NCBI RefSeq assembly: GCF_006345805.1
Contig: NC_043004.1
Location: forward strand, 13,020,001-13,084,000
Length of the DNA: 64,000 nucleotides
Direction: 5' to 3'
From: Octopus sinensis
Lineage: Eukaryota
Shown here: one piece after another, positions 11,417-23,726 of the stretch
Numbering within the stretch: the stretch's first letter is position 1
How the letters are laid out: each line of letters opens with the position of its first letter
Translations under genes and position numbers: made by a program
The notes under the pieces: generated by a model
The model's input: the letters and a program-made list of their open reading frames with translations, nothing else
The model's database searches: none
Told to the model about the DNA's origin: nothing

Positions 11417-12419
11417 CTTGTAATTAGAAATGTTCTAAAACCTACACAGCCTTTGTTCTTTATCTCATTAGGGAACAAAATTTGTTATATACACAAACTG
11501 ATATATGACCTAAGTTGGACCCCTTATTCGCATAATCAACGAACCTGGAACTTAACGATAGTCTATCCATAGCACTCATTCAGCATTACCTGACACCTGT
11601 GGGTCTTACTGACACCACTACCTCTCATAGCCTATATATATATATATATATATATATAAAGAGAGAGAGAGAGAGTGAGAGTGAACATTGTGAAATAAAA
11701 AAACTATAAGTGTAAGTATATATGTGTGTGTGTGTGTTTGTTTGTATGCTTGTTTGTATTGTGCATGTGTGCATATGTCTATGTGTGTGTAGTTATGTGT
11801 GAATGCATGTGTGTCTGCGTCTATATGGGTCTTGGTGTTTGTGTGTCTGTGTGTATGTGTGTGTGTGTGTTCGAGTGCGTTTGTACGTGCATGTGTGCGT
11901 TTGTGCGTGCAATTGTAGGGCTCCTTCTTTGGCAGAAATGGAACAGACAATATTAGATTTCAGGCTAAGTCGATGCGAAAAACAAAATATCCCTCGTCAT
12001 ACTATACATATTTAATAGGCACTCCACCTACCATAAACGTCGTATCACGTCACCACTCCCAAGTTTCCTAAATCCTCTCCAGAACAAGAATAGATATTTA
12101 ACAGAGTCTACAAATCTTTTCTAGTTTTACCCTTCTCAAAATCTGATAGGTTCAAAGGATTCATACATAAAATTGTGCATTTTGCAAAATACAAAAGACA
12201 ACAGTGTTACTACAATCCAGTCCTAAGTGTTAAGTACTTTAATAGAGTTAGTTTAAGTAAGACGCCTGAAGTTGTTTCGTCGACGCTAGAATTTGGATAA
12301 AAGGTTTAGAATTTGACAAAGCCAACCTCATACCTGAAGCTGGTTTGTTGTTATAGTCCCATGAGTAATGCGATTTTTTATACTTCTTTTATTTTTTAAA
12401 ATTAAGATAAACTACTCGA

Positions 12420-12930
12420 AAATATACTCTCCTTCGTTTTCTACAATGCTCTTCCATTTATCTAGAAGACTTGCAAAGTCTCTCTTTCAAAGTTCACTTG
12501 TCCCTGACGAAAAATACGCCTCCAGTTCTGTTCTGACCTCGTCTACAGAGTTGATACTTTTTCCGCCCAAACGATTTTGAAGACAGCAGAATAAATGATA
12601 ATAAGATGGGGCAATGTCCGGAGTATATGTTGGGTGGGGCATTGTTTCCCATTCAAATTGCTCCAGCCTTTGGAATGTCATCTACACTCAATGTGGCCGA
12701 GGATTATTCTCATGGAAAAACACCTTTCGTCATAAAATCAAAGATGTTATCATAAAATCATAAAATCAAAGATGTTATCATAAAATCAAAGATGTTATCA
12801 AAGATTTTCTTCTAGCGCTGACTTAAGCCGCTCAAGCTGCTCGTAGTAGATCTTTGTTATCGTTTGGTTTGGTTTTACAAGTTCAAAGTATATATTTCAG
12901 ATGCATCATCAAAAATCTGTTTACATATAT
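12420..12930 (-). pseudogene. Decayed mariner transposase C-terminal fragment
   Basis: Minus-strand peptides YFELVKPNQTITK..YYEQLERLKSALEE, VFFHENNPRPH (cf. HDNARPH) and ETMPHPTYTPDIAPSYYHLF (cf. PHPPYSPDLAPSDYHLF). Interrupted by stops and a tandem repeat. Confidence 0.8.
12731..12805. repeat. 20-bp tandem repeat (CATAAAATCAAAGATGTTAT x3) inside the mariner fragment
   Basis: Three units plus partial units are directly visible. Confidence 0.9.
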
Positions 12931-13044
12931 AGATCGGGATAAATTGGAAGACGCTCATCGATAGCCTGCGTTATAAGTGCTATGTATGGCATAGCTTCTT
13001 GCTGACGCCTGTAACATGTACTATATTCCATAGTTAAGGGTAGG

Positions 13045-14140
13045 AGGGCGATTTGGCAGAATCGTTAGCATGCCGGAAAAAATGCTTAGCGATATTTCAT
13101 CCGTCTTCACATTCTTGATTCATATCCTTTCAAGGTCGACTTTGCCTCTCATTCTTTCATGATCGATTTAACGAATACCAATAAAACACCGGAGTCGATG
13201 TAATCGACTTAAAACTTCCCCTGAACTTGCTGGCTTTGTGCCAAAATTTGAAAACAATATATTCGACAGTTTTCAATGTTCATCGAATCGCGCAGTAATT
13301 TTTCGATAAGAAATAAATAGCTTTGATCTTTTTTCTTTTACTCTTTTTTTTCAGTTGACTGCGGCCATGTGCAGCCTTGAATAGTTTAGTCTAAGAGTCC
13401 ACCTCAGTACATATCATTTTAAAGTATGCTGCACATCCTCACAGACTCTTACATGCCTTTAGTTAATAGAACATACACAAAAACAGGTTGGCAAATGGTG
13501 TGGGGGACAAACACTAACAAACATGCACACAGCACACACTCACGCACACACACACATACGGCGGGGTTCCGCATAGTTTCCGCCTACCTAATTCACTTAC
13601 ACAGTGTGGGTCGGCTCGGGGTTATAGTAAAAGATATTTGTCAGTGGGATTGAGCCTAACAAAACACATGATTCTAAAGTGAGATTCTTAACCACTCACT
13701 CAGCCTTGCCTGACCCTAGGTATATGAAAACAGGAAGCCCCCGACACTGGTTTCAAGATTTGGCACAAGGCTAGAAATTTTGGGGCAGCGGGTAAGTCGA
13801 TTACATTGACTCCAGTCTATAACTCGAAGGAATGAAAAGCAAAATTGACCACGACGGAGTTGGAACTCAGGGCGTATGGAAGGAAAAAAATGCCGCTAAG
13901 AATCTTGTTCGACGTAATAACGATTCTGTCAGTCACCATCTTAGAAAGCTTCTAGCATTGGTTTCAAATTTTCGCACAAGACCAACAATTTCAGGGAGGG
14001 TATAAGTTGATTACATCGACCCCGAAATAATGAAAGGCAAAGTTGACCTCGGTGGAATTTGAACTCAGAACACAAAAACGGACGAGATGCCACTAAGCAT
14101 TTTTTCCTAGCATGCTAACAGTACTATCAGGTCTCCTCCT
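13045..14140. mobile_element. Degenerate SINE cluster: B (13045-13260 +), A (13335-13720 -), B (13745-13945 -), B (13960-14140 -)
   Basis: Family-diagnostic motifs as at 1020-2050 and 7156. Confidence 0.65.
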
Positions 14141-14769
14141 TGGAAGCTCCTAAAATAAATCGAACTCCACCAATAGTAATGATCTGATTACAAGTTTACT
14201 GCAGTCGCACGGAAGCACTACGTACCTTATTCAACATGGCAGATAACACTTCTCATCAAAACTAATATGAAGCTCAATAATTAAACGAGAGATGAACGGG
14301 CATTTATGTGGTGAGCCAATGAAATATTTCTGTGAACAAATTTGGTGCTTAAATAGATTTCCTTCACCAAAATTTGGTTTTGCTTTTCTATATCAGTATT
14401 CCAAGTGCAGTTTTGAACGAAGACCAAAAATATCAACTTGTAGCAGATCTGAGGGCCTTAGATTTTTTTCCTATTTTCTTTGGTTTACACTTAGTAAACT
14501 CCTTTATATGGCATGTGAGAATTTTTCTATCGTCAAGGGAGAGAATAAATGGGATTTTTCTCTAAACCACGGATGCAATCTAAAAGAAAACCATTTGTTC
14601 TTAATTTAAGTTAATTACTCCTGGAATGGAAACCACAAAGCTAAAATATTCATGTAGAAACTAAGTATGGATAAATATAATAACAGCTAAATTGATTTCG
14701 TTTTTGTAAACGAGATGCACCGAAGAGAGAATGTTAGTATGTGTGTGTGAACGCATGCGCGCGAATTTG

Positions 14770-15180
14770 TTCTTTTATTCTTCTACTCATTTTCCAGTCT
14801 TTAGATTGCGGGCGATGCTAAGGGCGCTGGTCTGAAAAATTCTAATCGTAAAAATCGACCCCCAGTACTTAATTTTTAATGCCTGTTATTTATTGTAACG
14901 ATGTCTTTTTGTGAACCCCTAAGTTACAGGAAAGTAAACCCATCAACAAGCAGTGGTGGAAGACAAACACAGACGCAAACACTCACACATGCACAAGCCA
15001 GTGCGCACGGACGCACACACACACAAACGCACACATATCCAATGGGATTCTTTCAGTTTCCGTCTACCAAATCCACTCACAAAGCTTTGGTCGGTCCGAG
15101 GCCATAATTAGAAGTCACTTGCCCAGCGTAACACGCAGTGGGACTGAACCCGGAACCATGTGGCTGGGAAGCAAACTTAA
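14770..15180 (-). mobile_element. Degenerate SINE family A
   Basis: TTCTTTCAGTTTCCGTCTACCAAATCCACTCACAAAGC...GCAGTGGGACTGAACCCGGAACCATGTGG. Confidence 0.75.
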
Positions 15181-15933
15181 TTTCTATTGTTAGTCAGAAG
15201 CCCGGCGGAGATCTCTTTTAATGCTTTCAGTGGATAAATTAATCACACGCAGATCATTGTGGGTCAGAATAGAACTTGACCTGAGTCTCGTTTATCTATT
15301 AACTTCACTATACAAACCTAAGCTCTTACGTTGGGCCCGCTCTGCATAATTGAGCATTGAATTTATATGTGAACAAAGTTCTTTTGCAATCACTGCTGCA
15401 CATATTACATATAAATATGCATATGGAAATTTATTCTATATATATATGCATGTATTTCTATGTATTTATGTATGAATGCATGTATCATTCATCTTTCATC
15501 TTTCACGCTACACTTGTCTCTGTCGTTAGACTGCTGCCACGCTGGGGCACGGCTTTGAAGGAATTTTTCGTCGAATGAATCAACCCAAATAACTTATATT
15601 TAAACTTCGTATTTATACTAGCGATCTCTTTACCGAACCAATAAGTTACGCAGACGTGAACACCAACACCGTGTGGTGTTGACATATACAGACACATATG
15701 TATATGTCGCACCATGTCTATATATAAATATGAATATATATATATATATATATATATATGCGTATATATATATATATATATATATATATTATGCGTGTGT
15801 GTATATATATATATATATAATAAATATAAAAATGGAACAAAAATGCAACATAGGGCATTAAAACGTTCGGACAGATATACGATAAAAAGGTGGACACGAG
15901 AAACAACATTAGAAGGACAGGTAAAGAAAAAAA

Positions 15934-16093
15934 GGAGTAGCTGTGTGGTAAGTAGCTTGCTTACCAACCAAATAGTTCTGAGTTCAGTCCGTCCACAGCG
16001 TGGCACTTTCGGCAAGTGTCTTCTACTATAAACCTCAGGCCAACAAAGCCTTGCAAGTTGATTTGGTAGACGGAAACAGAAAGAAGCCCATCG
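15934..16093 (+). mobile_element. 5' half of a SINE-A split by the Penelope-like insertion (3' half at 20755-20960)
   Basis: Head GGAGTAGCTGTGTGGTAAG...GAAGCCCATCG is followed by the microsatellite and then directly by the PLE. The matching tail half starts after the PLE. Confidence 0.75.
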
Positions 16094-16133
16094 TATATAT
16101 ATATATAATATATATATATATAATATATATACA

Positions 16134-16206
<73 letters not shown>

Positions 16207-16302
16207 TATATATAAACAAGGAAAAATTGTAAAAATGCAGAATGCTAAATTGAAAGAAAATTTTAATGAAATGAGAAATTGATAAAATATATAAATAATA
16301 TT

Positions 16303-16344
16303 AATTCAAAACGGTTTTCGTCATAATGTGACTTTTCTAGAATT
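16303..16344 (-). ncRNA. Degenerate hammerhead motif in PLE 3' UTR (left arm)
   Basis: Minus strand: AATTC-TAGAAAA-GTCA-catta-TGAC-GAAA-ACCGTTTT-GAATT. Confidence 0.45.
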
Positions 16345-17029
16345 GTAAGTTAAAAATTTTTTTTTAAAGTGAGAAAGGGGAAAAAAGAAAATTGCATTGT
16401 TTTATGCAAAAGAATAATAATAAATATGTACAAAAATTAAAAAATAAGTACTCCGATACATTGTAAATTCTTTGTGTATCTTGAGTTTAATGATTGTTCA
16501 CGAAAAAATTACCTTGAAGTATTAGGATCCAATGGGATTAAAACCATGTGTTGTTTAGTTTAATTAAGGATGTTGGCAAAACAGGAAGTAGCAGTAATTG
16601 TAGTTCTTCAGTTCCTGTGTTGTGAATAAGGGGAGACAACTCTTTTGAGTTCTTCAATTTGTGTTTATCAATTTTTTGTAATAAAGGTTGTTAATAAACC
16701 TTAAATTATAAAATTATCATTTTAGCTACATTTGCATTATCTTTTTTATATAATTGTTTGTTAACTTAACATTCAGATTTTAACACTTTATTTATATCAT
16801 TTTCTAATTATATAAATTTGCATAGACCAATTTATAATTACATTTCAGATTGTTATGTCATATATAATAAAATAAAAATGATAGTATAACAACAAATAGT
16901 AAAATGATATTTAAAGAATATAAGTTTAGCTTGAAGTGATGAATGCATGGTATCCTTATATATTTGTGTTAGTCCATCCATGAAGAATGAGGTAGAAAAA
17001 GGAAGTATGATCAACGAGGAGTTTGCATA

Positions 17030-18466
17030 TTAAGTTGTGTTTTGATTTTTCAATAAAGAGATTCTCCTTGTTAATCTCCTCCGTGTGGTGATCCCGTCTT
17101 TACATTGGTAGAAGGGGAATATGTAGAATTTGGATTTAAGTCTTTAGCGCATGAGTCTATGTGGTCACTCAGTGGAATTTGTCGGTATTCCGGAGATTTA
17201 TTTGTTCTTTATGCACCGCTACTCGTTTACGTAACGGGAGACTCGTTTGTCCAACATAATTATGTTGGCAACCAGCGCATGTGAGAACGTAGATAAGGTT
17301 CCGAGGAACAGGAGAAGTTAGTTTTGATTTAAACTTCGTTCCTTGTTTGAAGGTAAATTCAGAGCCTTCAAGTAGGAAGGGGCAGGTGCCACAGTTTGGG
17401 CATGCACATTTTTTTACTGCTGGGGGTGGATGTGGTGTGTGAAGTTTGGCATATGTCAAGAGTTTTTTTTAAAGATTTGTGTTGCCTTTTACATTTGAGG
17501 ATTTTGTGTGTTTTATAATGTTTTTCATTTTGGGGTCTGTTGACAGTAGACTTGAGGTTTTTGTATGATTGTGGTGTATGCTTCGATATTTTTGGGGTTG
17601 TGGGTGGAAATGTATGGAATATTTTTGGGTGTTTGTGGTGTTAGGTTGGGTGGTTTTCATTGTAATGTTGTCTAGTTCTTTGGCGCGTTTTATTCCATAC
17701 TCTATAAGGGTGGAGGGATATTGGCGTTGTAATAGTATTTTCTTGAGGTCCTGAAGGCGTATTTCTCGTGTTTTTCGATCCGAGACAATGGTGCATACCC
17801 TTTTAGCTAAATTGAAAGGGATATTTGTCTTGGTGTGTTTTGGGTGGCATGAACTAAAGAGGAGGTATTGTTGTGAGTCTGTAGGTTTGTGGTAGATGTC
17901 TGTTATGATTTGGTTCTTAGGTGTTTTTTATAATTAGGAGATCAAGGAATGGGAGATGATGTTTGATTAATTCCATAGTGAATTGGATGTTGGAATGTAT
18001 GTTGTTCAGTATGGTTTTGAATTCCAGAAGTTTTTCATAAGGTTCTTTCCATATGATGAAACAATCATCCAAATACCTTTTCCATTAGGTAGGTGTGGAA
18101 AACATGTCCGAATTCCTGGCGTGATATTTCATAGAGTGATAGTTCGAAGAAACCCATTATGAGGTTCGCAAGGACTGGTGCTGCCTTGGTACCCATCGCA
18201 ATACCACGTTTTTGACGGTAGTGTGTGTTGTCGAAGAGAAAAAAATTGTTTGTCAGAATGAACTTGAGTGATTCTGTAATAAATGTCTTGTGAATGCGGT
18301 CAGGGAATGTCTCTGGGCGTTTTTCTAGCCAGAAATCAATTGCCTCTATACCATATTCATGTGGGATGTTGGTGTAGAAGTTGATGACATCAAAGGATAC
18401 CAGGAGCGCCTCCTCGTTAACTGTTTTCGGGAGGTGTTTGAGCATGTCCAGATCATCCCTAATGAA
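17030..18466 (-). pseudogene. PLE RT-GIY-YIG ORF, frameshifted (left arm)
   Basis: FIRDDLDMLKHLP, LVSFDVINFYTNIPH, YRQKRGIAMGTKAAPVLANLIMG, WKRYLDDCF, linker CACPNCGTCP, NLIYVLTCAGCQHNYVGQT...LRKRVAVH. The left bound is approximate. Confidence 0.9.
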
Positions 18467-18480
18467 ACATTTATTACAGA

Positions 18481-19760
18481 TCACAAGACTTTTATTACAG
18501 AATCACTCAAGTTCATTCTGACAACAATTCTTTTCTCTCGACAACACACAACCGTCAAAATGTGGTATTGCGATGGGTACCAAGGGCAGCACCAGTCCTT
18601 GCGAACCCATAATGGGTTTCTTCGAACTATCACTCTATGAAATATCACGCCAAGAAATGTGGACTGTTTTTCCACACCTACCTAATGGAAACTGGAAAAG
18701 GTATTTGGATGAATTGTTTCATCATATGGAAAGAACCTATGAAAACTTCTGGAATTCAAAACCACACTGACAACACACACCCCAACATCCAATTCACTAT
18801 GGAATTACCAACAACATCATCTCCCATTCTCCTTGATCTCCTAATTATAAAAACACCTAAGAACCAAATCATAACAGACAACTACCACAAACCTACTACT
18901 CACAACAATACCTCCTCTTTAGTTCATGCCACCAAAACACACCAAGACAAATATCCCTTTCAATTTAGCTAAAAGGGTATGCCACCATTGTCTCGGATCC
19001 AAAAAAACACGAGAAATACGCCTTCAAGACCTCAAAAAAATACTATTACAACGCCAATATCCCTCCACCCTTATAGAGTATGGAATAAAACGCGCCAAAG
19101 AACTAGAAAACATTACACTGAAAACCACCCAACCTAACAACACACACACAACCCAAAAATACGTCCATACATTCCACCCACAACCCCAAAAAATCGAAGC
19201 ATACACCACAAAAATAAACAAAAACCTCAGTCTACTGTCAACAGACCCCAAAATGAAAAACATTATAAATACACACAAATCCTTAAATGTAAAAGGCAAC
19301 ACAATTTTTTTAAAAACTCTTGACAAATGCCAAAACTTCACACACCACATTCACCCCCAGCAGTAAAAGATGTGCACGCCCCCAAACTGTGGCACCTGCC
19401 CCTCCTACTTGAAGCTCTGAATTTACCTCAAACAAGGAACAAAGTTAAAATCAAGACTAACTTCTCCTGTTCCTCCGAGAACCTTATCACGTTCTCAGTT
19501 CTCACATGCGTGGTTGCCACATAATTATGTTGGACAAACGAGTCTCCCGTTACGTAAACGAGTAGCGGTGCATAAAGAACAAATAAATCTCCCGAATACC
19601 GACAAATTCCACTGAGTGACCACATAGACTCATGCGCTAAAGACTTGAATCCCAAATTCTACATATTCCCTTCTACCAATGTAAAGACGGGATCACCACA
19701 CAGGAGAGATTAACAAGAGAATCTCTTTATTGAAAAATTCAAAAACACAACTTAATATGC
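18481..19760 (+). pseudogene. PLE RT-GIY-YIG ORF, frameshifted (right arm)
   Basis: HKTFITESLKFIL, MGFFELSLYEISRQE, WKRYLDE, PPKHTKTNIPFNLAKRVC, QDLKKILLQRQYPSTLIEYGIKRAKEL; mirrors the left arm. The right bound is approximate. Confidence 0.88.
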
Positions 19761-20440
19761 AAACTCCTCGTTGATCATACTTCCTTTTTCTACCTCATTC
19801 TTCATGGATGGACTAACACAAATATATAAGGATACCATGGATTCATCACTTCAAGCTAAAACTTGTATTCTTCAAATATCATTTTTACTATTGTTGTTAT
19901 TACTATCATTTTTATTTTATTATATATGACATAACAATCTGAAATGTAATTATAAATTGGTCTATGCAAATTTATATAATTAGAAAATAATATAAATAAA
20001 GTGTTAAAATCTGAATGTTAAGTTAACAAACAATTATATAAAAAAAGATAATGCAAATGAAGCTAAAATGATAATTTTATAATTTAAGGTTTATTAACAA
20101 CCTTTACTACAAAAAATTGATTAACACAAATTGAAGAACTCAAAAGAGTTGTCTCCCCTTATTCACAACACAGGAACTGAAGAACTACAATTACTGCTAC
20201 TTCCTGTTTTGCCAACATCCTTAATTAAACTAAACAACACATGGTTTTAATCCCATTGGATCCTAATACTTCAAGGTAATTTTTTCGTGAATAATCATTA
20301 AACTCAAGATACACAAGAATTCACAATGTATCGGAGTACTTATTTTTAATTTTGTACATATTATTATCATTCTTTTGCAAAAAACAATGCAATTTTCTTT
20401 TTTTTCCCCTTCTCACTTTAAACAAAAAATTTTACCTTAC

Positions 20441-20481
20441 AATTCTTGAAAAGTCACATTATGACGAAAACGGTTTGAATT
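20441..20481 (+). ncRNA. Hammerhead motif with U3-A8 core variant in PLE 3' UTR (right arm)
   Basis: AATTC-TTGAAAA-GTCA-catta-TGAC-GAAA-ACGGTTT-GAATT. Stem I AATTC/GAATT and stem II GTCA/TGAC pair perfectly. Merging both arms gives a palindromic AACCGGTT stem III (inferred). Confidence 0.6.
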
Positions 20482-20754
20482 AATAATTTATATTTTTATC
20501 AATTTCTCATTTCATTAAAATTTTCTTTCAATTTAGCATTCTGCATTTTTACAATTTTCCTTGCTTATCATTTCTCCACGTGCGGTCAAACACACCCACC
20601 ATTTATTGATCTATATTATATATATATTATATATATATATACATATATATAACACCCACACACACACACATATATATAATATATATATACTTATATATAT
20701 GTAGTATGTATGTATGTGGTATGTTGTATGTATGTATGTATGTATGTATGTATA

Positions 20755-20960
20755 TTTGTGTGCTGTGCTTGTCCCCCCAACATCGCTTGACAACTGATGC
20801 TGGTGTGTTTACGTCACCGTAAAATAGCGATTCGCCAAAAAAAAAGACCAGCAGAATAAATACTAGGCTTATAAAGAATATGTCCTGGGGTCGGTTTGCT
20901 CTACTAAAGACATTACTCCAGCATGGCCGCAGTTAAATGACTGAAACAAATAAAAGAATA
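20755..20960 (+). mobile_element. 3' half of the SINE-A split by the PLE
   Basis: TTGTCCCCCCAACATCGCTTGACAACTGATGCTGGTGTGTTTACG...CAGCATGGCCGCAGTTAAATGACTGAAACAAATAAAAG. Confidence 0.75.
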
Positions 20961-20968
20961 ATAGGAAA

Positions 20969-21004
<36 letters not shown>

Positions 21005-21015
21005 GTATATATATA

Positions 21016-21429
21016 GGCGCAGGAGTGGGTGTGTGGTAAGTAGCTTGCTAACCAACCACATGGTTCCGGGTTCAGTCCCACTGCGTGGCATTTGGACAGG
21101 TGTCTTCTGCTATAGCCCCGGGCCGACCAATGCCTTGTGAGTGGATTTGGTAGACGGAAACTGAAAGAAGCCTGTCGTATATATGTATATATGTATGTAT
21201 GTGTGTGTGCTTGTGTGTCAGTGTGTTTGTCCCCCTAGCATTGCTTGACAACCGATGCTGGTGTGTTTACGTCCCCGTCACTTAGCGGTTCGGCAAAAGA
21301 AACCGATAGAATAAGTACTGGGTTTACAAAAGAATAAGTCCGGGGTCGAGTTGCTCAACTAAAGGCGGTGCTCCAGCATGGCCGCAGTCAAATGACTGAA
21401 ACAAGTAAAAGAGTAAAAGAGTAAAAGAG
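21016..21429 (+). mobile_element. Full-length SINE family A
   Basis: GGCGCAGGAGTGGGTGTGTGG head to the GTAAAAGAGTAAAAGAGTAAAAGAG tail. Confidence 0.9.
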
Positions 21430-21604
21430 ATATATATAAGTTTGTGTGTGTGTATGCGCATGTATTGCTGTACAGATGAATCACCGGTTGCGGATTTCTT
21501 GACCGTCTTCAGCAGATAGCAATCACACACACACATACGCAGACGTGCGCTCGCACATACAATCTCGCGTACACAAACACATAGATGCTGACGCACATGT
21601 ATAT

Positions 21605-21642
<38 letters not shown>

Positions 21643-22049
21643 CACGCATCTGAATATATATATATATGTATATATAACAATATATCGTTTTTTATGTCTA
21701 ACCAAAATATATAAATCAACATTAAAAAAACCCAGTTAAATAAAGATGCTACCTACTCGCCTTTTTGAGAAAGTTCATTCCTATAGAACAAGACATATCG
21801 ATCTACCAAAGCAAAACAAGTCAGCTACAAAAAATTTTGTTAAACTAATAAAATATATAAAAAAAAACTTCAATAACGAAATATTCTCCGTATGTTACGA
21901 AGAATCAGAAAAATATGCGCCAAAGAAGCATATATAATGATTTATGGCAACATGAAAAATGCAGTATTATTATAATGTGACAATAATATATATCTATTTT
22001 CTCGGTCTCCTCTCCCACTCTTGGAATTTGAATATGATATAAATACATG

Positions 22050-22118
<69 letters not shown>

Positions 22119-22155
22119 TGTGTGCGTGTATGGATTATATTTTTGTACCTATGAT

Positions 22156-22194
<39 letters not shown>

Positions 22195-22496
22195 AATGTG
22201 AAAGTATTAATTAAAATAATATATATATATGAATATATATTGTATGTATTTGCATGCATACATACATATGTACACACGATATATATTTGTATTATGGCAT
22301 ACATACACATATACACATATAATCATTAATACATACATATCATAAACATATATAGTGGCTCATATTCGTATAGGATATATGTTTGTCATGAATATATGTA
22401 AATATTATATTTACTCATGAATGTATGTATGTATGTATGTTATGTATGTATGTATGTATGTATGTATGTATGTATGTATGTATGTATGTATGTATA

Positions 22497-22538
<42 letters not shown>

Positions 22539-22632
22539 CCTATCTATCTATTTATCTATCTAACTGTGTGTTTGTCTGACTGTTTATTTCTCTGTATGTA
22601 TGTATTGATAGATACATAATAGATAATAGATA

Positions 22633-22689
<57 letters not shown>

Positions 22690-22840
22690 GTACGTGCAGA
22701 GATGAATAAACACACACACACACATATGAGTGAGCGTCTGAATATATGTGCTTGATTAAGCATTTGTCTATTCATACACTTCATATGAATTACGTTTGTC
22801 ATGCATAAAAAGATATAAGATTATATGTATATATATGTAT

Positions 22841-22897
<57 letters not shown>

Positions 22898-22898
<1 letters not shown>

Positions 22899-23260
22899 AG
22901 GTGTGGCTATATTGTAAAAGTTTTTCTTCCCACCATATGGTTCCAAGTTCAGTCCCACTATACTATAGTGGCCATAGCCTCGGGCTGACCAAAGCCTTGT
23001 GAGTGGATTTGGTAGACGAAAACTGAAAGAAGCCTGTTGCGTGCGCGCGCGTCTTTGAGTTTGTGTTTGTCTCCCTCCACTTGACAACCGATGTTGGTGT
23101 GTTTATGTCTCCGAAAATTAGCGATTCGGTAAAAGAAACCGATTGAATAAGTACTAGGCTTGCAAAGAACGTGTCCCGAGGTCGATTTCTTAGACTAAAG
23201 GCGGTGCTGCAGCACATGGCCGCTGACAAATGACTGAAACGTGTAAAAGAGTAAAAGGGA
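22898..23260 (+). mobile_element. SINE family A, degenerate head
   Basis: GTTCAGTCCCACT...GACCAAAGCCTTGTGAGTGG...AAATGACTGAAACGTGTAAAAGAGTAAAAGGG. Confidence 0.75.
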
Positions 23261-23444
23261 ATATACATACATATATATACATTTAAGTACATATATGTAT
23301 GTAAATATACATATATATATATATATGTATATATACATACATATATGTATATATACATACATATATATATATATATATATATGCAGACGCCATGATAGAT
23401 CGTTAGCTACTACACACATTTTTCTCTCCTTGTTTTCTGTGTCC

Positions 23445-23480
23445 TTTTCTGCAGAAGAGCGTAGGCTCGAAACGTAAAAG
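23445..23480 (+). ncRNA. Minimal hammerhead-like motif with A6C core variant, inside a short interspersed element (about 23385-23575)
   Basis: TTTT-CTGCAGA-A-GAGC-gtag-GCTC-GAAA-C-GTA-AAAG. The downstream sequence recurs inverted at 34995-35110. Confidence 0.6.
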
Positions 23481-23655
23481 ACTTTTTCTATTCCTGAGCG
23501 TTATACTAATACATCTGTTTGTTTTGTACACCACCTGTCTTCGTCTTTTGTTTTTTTTTTCGTAAACTCTCCCTATATATATATATATATATGCACCTAT
23601 ATTATGAATATACGCAATATGTATATATGCATGTACATACATACACACACACACA

Positions 23656-23726
<71 letters not shown>

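Larger units (their letters stand above)
16213..20612. mobile_element. Penelope-like retroelement, palindromic (two 5'-truncated copies head-to-head, 3' ends outward)
   Basis: Arms 16213-18293 and 18481-20567 are inverted repeats of about 2.08 kb around a 187-bp spacer. Each arm has RT motifs, a Zn-finger linker, GIY-YIG and a long AT-rich 3' UTR. The right arm has a 45-nt extension. Confidence 0.92.

Noticed and set aside
12260-12345. GTTTCGTC...CCTCATACCTG hammerhead-like fragments on the minus strand
   Set aside because: The core is corrupted and no stems can be formed.
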